Shown: positions 57,687 through 64,000 of the stretch, piece by piece
Layout of the letters: every line of letters begins with the position of its first letter
How positions within the stretch are numbered: the first letter of the stretch is position 1
Notes under the pieces: model-generated
What the model saw: only the letters and a program-made list of their open reading frames with translations
What the model was told of the DNA's origin: nothing
Database searches by the model: none
Translations under genes and position numbers: made by a program
NCBI GenBank assembly: GCA_965221705.1
Contig: OZ244908.1
Coordinates: forward strand, 2,166,354 to 2,230,353
DNA: 64,000 bases
Reading direction: 5' to 3'
DNA from: Dehalococcoidia bacterium
GTDB taxonomy: Bacteria; Chloroflexota; Dehalococcoidia; Bin125

Positions 57687-59115
57687 TCGTCGACCTGGCG
57701 TCGCTCGATGCCTGGGTTCCGTTTGGGGCGCCGTTGGCCGAACTGTGAGACGCGCCGTTCATTGTGGCGATCAAGGCGATGCCATCCGCCTGCGGCGCGT
57801 GCCGCGTACTGATCCGCCGCACCGCGTCGACCTGCTCGCGTCGATGCGATCTGCGCCACAAGATCCAGAACGTCACCCCGATCGTCAACACCACGCCGAG
57901 CGACAGTCCATAGGCGAAGCGGAAGTCGATCGAGTCAGCCGAGGCCGAGATCAGCGGCACGATCACCGCCATCTGCGCCGCCATCATCAACTCGAAGATC
58001 GAGAGCACGGTCGCCCGTTGGTCCGAGCGAATTCGGCGATTAATGTAGCCGGTCGCAATCGGTCGAATCGCCGCATGCAGTCCGCCCAGAATCGCGATCG
58101 GCGCGAGGATGCTGAGGTGATCGAAGAACAGCAATGGAATGAACAGGAATGAACCGCCGAACATCAGGATCGGCAGCGCGCGGCGCTCGCCGACCCGGGC
58201 GACGAACGGCGCGGCCAAGAGCGATCCAGCCGACATCGCCGCGAAGCCTGGAACAATCAAGCCGCTCCACACCGCTCCATCGAGCAATCCGTCCGACGGA
58301 CTCAGACCATGATGCCTCAGGAACGGCTGAACGAAGAAGTTGGGCATCTCAAACGCGACTGTGACAACCCCGGCGAGGAAGATCACCCAAAACACCGGAC
58401 GCTGCCGATAGACGATCCGAAATCCAGAGAACATGTTGTGCAGCACGCCAGGTGGTGTTCGATCGCCCGCTGCGGCGTCAGATGCTGATGTGGGAGCTCC
58501 GTGCAATCCGTCGGACTCGAACTCATCCTCGGTTCGCGGAGGCTCGCGCAGCATCAGCGCGACGACGCCCGCCAGCGCCATCGTCCCGGCGCCGATCAGG
58601 AATACAGTCTCCAAACCCCAGAGACCCGCCATTGGCCCGCCGAACAACGCCGCGCCCAACAGCGCGCCCGTCATCAACGCCTCCGAGCGACCCATGTGTT
58701 TCTCGTACTCGCGAGTGCGACCCAACGTGCGCAAGGTGTCGAACAACAGCGCGTGTCCCGATCCCGAGTAGAGCGTCATCGAAATCGCCATGATCAGATA
58801 GCTGATCGTCAATCCGACGAATCCCTCGGCCAGCACAAACAGGATCGTCCCACCCGTGAACATGAAGCCGCCCAGGGCCAGCGACACGCGCCGTCCCCAC
58901 CGATCGGCGACGGCGCCCGTGGGCACCTCGAAGAGCATCATCGAAACCCAGAACACGGCCTCCATCATGCCGACCTGCGTCAGCGAGAGCCCGCGCTCAT
59001 CCTGCAGGAAGATGATCCAGACCGGCACCCAGATCAGGAATCCAGTCGCAAACTGGAACAGGTAGTAAATCGGAATATTGCGCGCGAAGCGCTCGCTCTG
59101 GGTGCTTTGAGTCAT
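57676..59115 (-). CDS. MFS transporter, copy 1 of tandem pair
   Basis: 479 aa, 12-TM pattern; ADRWGRRVSLALG motif A. Confidence 0.8.
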   Translation of the reverse strand: MTQSTQSERFARNIPIYYLFQFATGFLIWVPVWIIFLQDERGLSLTQVGMMEAVFWVSMMLFEVPTGAVADRWGRRVSLALGGFMFTGGTILFVLAEGFVGLTISYLIMAISMTLYSGSGHALLFDTLRTLGRTREYEKHMGRSEALMTGALLGAALFGGPMAGLWGLETVFLIGAGTMALAGVVALMLREPPRTEDEFESDGLHGAPTSASDAAAGDRTPPGVLHNMFSGFRIVYRQRPVFWVIFLAGVVTVAFEMPNFFVQPFLRHHGLSPSDGLLDGAVWSGLIVPGFAAMSAGSLLAAPFVARVGERRALPILMFGGSFLFIPLLFFDHLSILAPIAILGGLHAAIRPIATGYINRRIRSDQRATVLSIFELMMAAQMAVIVPLISASADSIDFRFAYGLSLGVVLTIGVTFWILWRRSHRREQVDAVRRISTRHAPQADGIALIATMNGASHSSANGAPNGTQASSDARSTIRR

Positions 59116-59204
59116 ATCGAACGCTGACCGCCCCCTCAGGGGCGCGCACAGAGGTGGGCCAATAGGACGCAGACTAGGCAGAGCGGCTAGGCAAGTGGGA
59201 ACGA

Positions 59205-60686
59205 CTAATCGGCGTTCTGCACATTGCGGTACAGATCGCCGCCATCTCTCCCGAGTCCGTTTGAGCTGACGGCACGATGCGGACGCGTCGCGTCGCGCAG
59301 CGATTGCCGCGCCGCCTGAGGCTTGGCGATCGGAATCGACCAGGCGCGCAATCGTTCAGCTTGATCGCGCAAGTGCGCGCGTCGCCAGAACCACCAGAGC
59401 GCGGCGCCCAGCGTCAACGTCACGATCAGCCCGACCCCGAACGCCGCCGGAAACGACCAGATGTCCGCGACCGGCACGATGCCAATCAGGATCACGCTCA
59501 TCGCCGCGCCGACGATCAATGAGTAGATCGATAACACCGTGGCGCGCTGATCGGACGTGATGCGGCGGTTGATGTAACCGCTGGCGATCGGGCGAATCGT
59601 CGCCTGAGCGATGCTGACCATGAAGATCGCGCCCAACAGTCCGAGGTGATTCCAGATCACGAGCGGCGCCATGAACACCGCGCCCCAGAGCAAAATCACA
59701 ACGAACGACCGTCGCTCTCCCATCTTGCTCAGCAATCGATCAGCGAGCAAGAGTCCGAACACGGTGCCCATGTAGGCCGGAATCAGCAGCGCCGACCAGA
59801 TGAATCCGTCGGTCACGCTGGCCAACGGATCGAGACCATGTGAAGCGACAAAGGGCTGGGTCAGGAAGCGCGGCATGTCAAACAAGGCCAGCAACACCGC
59901 CGCACAGGGAATCACATAGCGCACCGTCCGAATCCGCCAAACGATGCGGAATCCCTCGACCACTTCGTGCAAGATCGGCGGACCCTGACCGTCATCTTGC
60001 GCCGCATGCTGCATCCCCGCAGGCGGAGCGTGCAGCGGATCGTCCGGGAAGTCCGACTCGCGGCGCGGCGGCTCGCGCAACAGCAGCGCCGCGCAGGCTG
60101 CAAGAATCAGACAGATCGCCGATAGACCGATCGCAAGCGAGTAGCCCAACAGGTAGGCGACCGGCCCTCCGACGGCGGTCGAGATCACCATCATGCCCCA
60201 GAACAGGCCATGCGAGCGACCAGCGTGTCGCTCATATTCCCGCGTGCGACCCATGACGCGCAGTGAGTCGTAGAGCATCGCTTCCGAAGCGCCTGAGTAG
60301 AGCGTCATCGCGACGCCCATGACCAGGTACGAGCTCAGCAATATGGCGAAGTTGCTCGCCACCGCGAAAATCAATGTCGAGATCGCAAACAGCGTCGATC
60401 CCAGCGCTAGCGATATCCGCCGTCCGAAGCGGTCGGCGATCGCCCCCGTCGGCACTTCGGCGATGATCACGGTGAGCCAGAAGAACGACTCGAACACTGC
60501 GACCTCGGTCAGCGAGAGCCCGCGTTCATTGATCAAGTAGATGATCCAGATCGGCATGAAGATCATCAGGCCCGTCGCGGCCATGAACAGGTAATAGACG
60601 CGAACATTGCGGCGATACCGCAACGGGTCGACGCGCGGCTGATCGCCGTTGAGCGAGGCTGAAGAGGCAGCGGAGGACATGTCCAC
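59205..60686 (-). CDS. MFS transporter, copy 2 of tandem pair
   Basis: 493 aa; ADRFGRRISLALG; clear paralog of previous ORF. Confidence 0.8.
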   Translation of the reverse strand: MDMSSAASSASLNGDQPRVDPLRYRRNVRVYYLFMAATGLMIFMPIWIIYLINERGLSLTEVAVFESFFWLTVIIAEVPTGAIADRFGRRISLALGSTLFAISTLIFAVASNFAILLSSYLVMGVAMTLYSGASEAMLYDSLRVMGRTREYERHAGRSHGLFWGMMVISTAVGGPVAYLLGYSLAIGLSAICLILAACAALLLREPPRRESDFPDDPLHAPPAGMQHAAQDDGQGPPILHEVVEGFRIVWRIRTVRYVIPCAAVLLALFDMPRFLTQPFVASHGLDPLASVTDGFIWSALLIPAYMGTVFGLLLADRLLSKMGERRSFVVILLWGAVFMAPLVIWNHLGLLGAIFMVSIAQATIRPIASGYINRRITSDQRATVLSIYSLIVGAAMSVILIGIVPVADIWSFPAAFGVGLIVTLTLGAALWWFWRRAHLRDQAERLRAWSIPIAKPQAARQSLRDATRPHRAVSSNGLGRDGGDLYRNVQNAD

Positions 60687-60694
60687 AGGCTATG

Positions 60695-61459
60695 TCAGTC
60701 AGAAGCTGACGTGTCCGCTGGGCGCGATGTCCACGGATCGGCGCCAAGCGGGCGTCGACGGATTCGTTGCCACGAACGGGGATACGTCGATTCGGTAGCG
60801 CGCGCCTTGGTCGCGACCAGAAGGTCTTGCTGGCCGTCGATCGGCGTCAACTCCGCGCCAAGCGCCGCCGCGGTCGTGGCGGCGCGGGCGTGATCGACTT
60901 CCGACAGCTCGCCCGTCCAGGCAACGGAGATTCCTCCGGTCTGCAGAAACGGGATCATCAGCTCTAATGCGATCGTCGGTGGCGCGGCGGCGCGGCTCAG
61001 CGCCAACGCGCACGTCTCGCGCAGCGGTGAACGCGCGGCGGCCTCGGCGCGCGTTCGCAGGACTTCGATCCACGGCGCGTTGATGCGCCGTACTACGCCG
61101 TCGAGGAATTCCCCGGCCCCCGCGCGCGAATCGAGTAACGTCGCCGCCCGACCGGGCTCGCACAGTGCGAACGGCAGGCCAGGCGCGCCGCCGCCGCTGC
61201 CGATGTCGATCAGTCGACCATGAGGCACTGCCAGGTCGGACCCGATCAAGCGGTCGCGTCCGCGCAGCGGCTCGATCACGTGCCTAGCGATGGCTTGTTC
61301 CGGGTCGCGAATCGCCGTCAGATTGCGCGGCGCAGTCAACAGTTCACTGAGCCAGACGCTGAGCTGGACGCAGATGTCGGGATTGCGCTGCTGCACATAA
61401 CGGAGACCAGCCGCGTCGATCGCGTCCTCGATCTGGCGTGCGGCTATCAGGTACGTCAT
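60695..61459 (-). CDS. rsmG: 16S rRNA (guanine527-N7)-methyltransferase RsmG (GidB)
   Basis: 254 aa; SAM motif LIDIGSGGGAPGLPFAL. Confidence 0.75.
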   Translation of the reverse strand: MTYLIAARQIEDAIDAAGLRYVQQRNPDICVQLSVWLSELLTAPRNLTAIRDPEQAIARHVIEPLRGRDRLIGSDLAVPHGRLIDIGSGGGAPGLPFALCEPGRAATLLDSRAGAGEFLDGVVRRINAPWIEVLRTRAEAAARSPLRETCALALSRAAAPPTIALELMIPFLQTGGISVAWTGELSEVDHARAATTAAALGAELTPIDGQQDLLVATKARATESTYPRSWQRIRRRPLGADPWTSRPADTSASD

Positions 61460-61602
61460 CGATCAGGGAGTAGAATAGGGACTTGGGAGCTGGGTGACGC
61501 TTCGTCCGCGTCGTGTGTCATGCGCGCGCAGCGCTCGCATTGACGCTCGTGACGCATCCGACGCAACGTGAGCGCTGACGGCGCGAAAGTTGGAGACAAC
61601 CA

Positions 61603-62646
61603 ATGGCAATTCTGGACGACGAACAAACGACCGGCACGCTCGACGAGCTCGCGGACGACCTGACTGATGACGTCGTGGAGGGCGAGGCGGAGATCTTTGA
61701 CGACTCGCCGGCGCCGGAGTCCGACAACGGCGCCGCCGTCGCCGCCGAGGCCGTCAGCCTGGGTCGCGCCGTGATGGAGTACTTCGCCTGGGAAGAGGAG
61801 CGCGAATCCAAGCGCTCGCGGCGCAAGGCGACTGAGACCGCCAGTTCGCGACGCGCGGCGTTCGTCCTCGACGAGGCCGCCCGCGAAGCCGTGACACGGT
61901 TCCTCTGGCACTTTGGCCCCAGCACGGCGATCGCCGAACTCTCGCCCAAATCGATGGAGGGCTTCCAGGAGACGATCGGCGCCAACACCATGGATCTCGC
62001 CGCCCGCCTGCAGCCAGTCAAGGAGTTTCTGCGCTACTGCTGGAAGCAGGGCTACACCGTCACTGTCGACGCCGAGGGAGAGCCGAACGCCCAAAATCTC
62101 GGCAACTTCCTTCGCATCAAGCGCGCTACGGCAGTCGCGCGCGATACGTCGCAGTTCCAGCACGAACAGGCGCAGACCTTCGAAATGACCGCAGATGGTC
62201 TGCAACTGCTGAACGACGAACTCGGACAACTCCAGGCCGAAATGCCCGAGGCCGTGCAGGCCGTCGCCGCCGCACGAGAAGACAAGGACATTCGCGAAAA
62301 TGCGCCGCTCGAGGCCGCCCGCGAACACCAGGAGCGGCTTAAGTCTCGGATCGACGAACTCGAGTATCAGATCGCACACGCGGTCGTGCGCGAGGAACGG
62401 GCCACCGGTCGCGCGCGATTGGGCAGCCGAGTCGAAGTAGTCGAAGTCGACGACGAGGGCGCATCTCTGGGCGAGGCCAAAGAGTACACTCTCGTTGGCA
62501 CCACCGAAGCCAACGCGGCGGCGCGGCGCATCTCGGTCGAGAGCCCACTGGGGCGCGGCTTACTCGACCAGCCAGCCGACCGACAGATCGAAATCCAAGC
62601 CCCCAGCGGCCGTAAACGGTTCCGCTTGCTCGCGGTCAATGGTTAG
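61603..62646 (+). CDS. GreA/GreB C-terminal-domain protein with long acidic and helical N-terminal extension
   Basis: 347 aa; C-terminal RVEVVEVDDEGASLGEAKEYTLVGTTEANAAARRISVESPLGRGLL is GreA FKBP-like domain; preceded by coiled-coil; N-terminal about 170 aa D/E-rich plus a segment resembling integrase SAM-like core-binding fold. Confidence 0.55.
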   Translation: MAILDDEQTTGTLDELADDLTDDVVEGEAEIFDDSPAPESDNGAAVAAEAVSLGRAVMEYFAWEEERESKRSRRKATETASSRRAAFVLDEAAREAVTRFLWHFGPSTAIAELSPKSMEGFQETIGANTMDLAARLQPVKEFLRYCWKQGYTVTVDAEGEPNAQNLGNFLRIKRATAVARDTSQFQHEQAQTFEMTADGLQLLNDELGQLQAEMPEAVQAVAAAREDKDIRENAPLEAAREHQERLKSRIDELEYQIAHAVVREERATGRARLGSRVEVVEVDDEGASLGEAKEYTLVGTTEANAAARRISVESPLGRGLLDQPADRQIEIQAPSGRKRFRLLAVNG

Positions 62647-62741
62647 GCCGACCACGTGCTCGGCGACCCAAGCGAGCCTTTCCACGAGCGAGACGCCTCG
62701 CGTCCGGCGCGCACCGGGACGCGACGACGATTCAGCAGCCA

Positions 62742-63938
62742 ATGGTGCGCGCGGGGAAAGTGACGCCAGTGTCTGACGTGCCCACGATTGAGTTCACGAT
62801 CACCAACGACCAGCTCGACACCGGTCTGCGCGGGTATCCCGTCGGTACCTGCGAGACCAGCTACGTCGACCCTGAAGCAGGCGTTTCCTACGTTGGCTAC
62901 CCGATCGCCGAACTCGCCTTCCTGCCCGCCGAAGACATCATCCACCTGCTCTTCAATAAGTCCTTGCCGACCGACGTCGAACGCCAGGCCGTCGCCGACG
63001 ACATCGCCGCGCGCTCGGAAGTCTCAGACGACGCGCTGGGCGCGATCTCGTCACTGCCGATGACGGGCCATCCCATGGACCTGTTTTGCGCCGCGATCCA
63101 AATTCTAGGCATGACTGGCAAGACCGACGACTACTACGAAGACGCGCTCAATCTGGTCGCGCGAATTCCCACCGCGCTGGCCGCCATCTTCCGACTGCGC
63201 GAGGGCTGGGGCGACCTGATTCCCTCCGAACCTTCGCGCGGCTACGTGAACAACTTCGTCCACATGCTCGGTATGCCCGGCGGCGACGAGGCGGCCCTGA
63301 CCCGACTGCTCTCCGTCTACTACAACCTCCACGCCGACCACGGCGGCGGCAACCTCTCCACCTTCACCGGGCGCGCGGTCGCCTCGGGACTCGCCGACAT
63401 GTACCGCTCGATGGCCTCGGGCATGAACGCGCTCGCCGGTCCGCGTCACGGCATGGCCAACCAGGACGCGTTCAAGATGGTGCACGAGGTCAACACCACC
63501 GACCCCGAGGAAGCGGCGAACATTCTCCGTCAGCGGCTCGCTGACGGCGGCCTGATCTTCGGCTTCGGCCACGCCGTGCTGCGACAGGAAGACCCGCGCG
63601 CCAAGGTGCAGCTTGGCGTCGGCGAAGAACTCTGCCCAGACGACCACTGGTTCAACGTCGTCAAGGCCGTCCGCGAGGCGGGTATCAAGGTGCTCAGCGA
63701 GAACCCCAAAGTCTCGAACCCCTATCCCAATGTCGACCTCATTTCGGGCAGCCTCGTCAACGCGCTCGGTTTCACCGACCCCGACTACTACACGACGCTC
63801 TTCGGCTGGTCGCGCATCGCCGGCATCGGCGCGCAGATCGTCGACGAGCGCACCCGTGCCCGCGGCGGACGCGGCGTCGCCATCTATCGACCCCGGTACA
63901 TACCGATCAATCAGCCCAAACGCTCCCTCTCAGACTGA
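62742..63938 (+). CDS. citrate synthase family protein
   Basis: 398 aa; LHADHGGGNLSTFTGR ... GPRHGMAN catalytic His motifs. Confidence 0.8.
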   Translation: MVRAGKVTPVSDVPTIEFTITNDQLDTGLRGYPVGTCETSYVDPEAGVSYVGYPIAELAFLPAEDIIHLLFNKSLPTDVERQAVADDIAARSEVSDDALGAISSLPMTGHPMDLFCAAIQILGMTGKTDDYYEDALNLVARIPTALAAIFRLREGWGDLIPSEPSRGYVNNFVHMLGMPGGDEAALTRLLSVYYNLHADHGGGNLSTFTGRAVASGLADMYRSMASGMNALAGPRHGMANQDAFKMVHEVNTTDPEEAANILRQRLADGGLIFGFGHAVLRQEDPRAKVQLGVGEELCPDDHWFNVVKAVREAGIKVLSENPKVSNPYPNVDLISGSLVNALGFTDPDYYTTLFGWSRIAGIGAQIVDERTRARGGRGVAIYRPRYIPINQPKRSLSD

Positions 63939-64000
63939 TCGCTGAGTGCCGAGCGCGGATCACTGCGCGTTCTGCGGGCCGACGCGGCAATGTCGTTTGG

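Noticed and set aside
1-64000. Scanned for CRISPR arrays, rRNA/tRNA genes, transposase or integrase genes
   Set aside because: No regularly spaced identical repeats, no tRNA-like cloverleaf candidates and no recognisable transposase or integrase ORFs were found. The low-GC islets lack flanking mobility genes within this window.

Overview
This is a 64 kb window of high-GC (about 68%) chromosomal DNA. The gene content points to an F420-using Terrabacteria lineage (Actinobacteria or Chloroflexi-like). It carries several LLM-class and PPOX-class F420/flavin oxidoreductases, an Eis-like GNAT, Lhr and RecQ helicases and ClpS. Coding density is high and several long antisense shadow ORFs typical of GC-rich DNA are present. 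Most of the window is an accessory-metabolism mosaic: acyl-CoA dehydrogenase, two enoyl-CoA hydratases, four SDRs, CoA transferases, a TPP enzyme, hydrolases, and tandem paralog pairs of VOC, phosphohexomutase and MFS genes. There are four lower-GC islets: a class II Fic AMPylase (7.1-8.5 kb), an HsdR-N-like nuclease-fold protein (14-15 kb), two overlapping small membrane proteins (24.6-25.3 kb), and a degraded DUF433/DUF5615 toxin-antitoxin pair (40.0-40.6 kb). The most interesting feature is at 15088-16449. Two adjacent ORFs lie in the same frame separated by a single TGA. The joined product matches the GrdB/PrdB selenoprotein B family, and the TGA sits at the family's conserved Sec position inside a U-P-A-C redox motif. 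A small hairpin that could serve as a SECIS lies 12 nt downstream. This looks like an orphan PrdB-like selenoprotein with a roughly 150 aa C-terminal extension and no PrdA/GrdA/GrdE partner in the window. Also notable are a twice-duplicated module of a typical SDR followed by a catalytic-Lys-deficient pseudo-SDR partner, and a tandem 28-bp direct repeat in a divergent promoter. A two-component system sits next to a lipoprotein / PAP2 / LPG-synthase-like flippase membrane cluster. Finally, an unusual GreA C-terminal domain fusion protein lies next to rsmG. No rRNA, tRNA or CRISPR arrays were seen.
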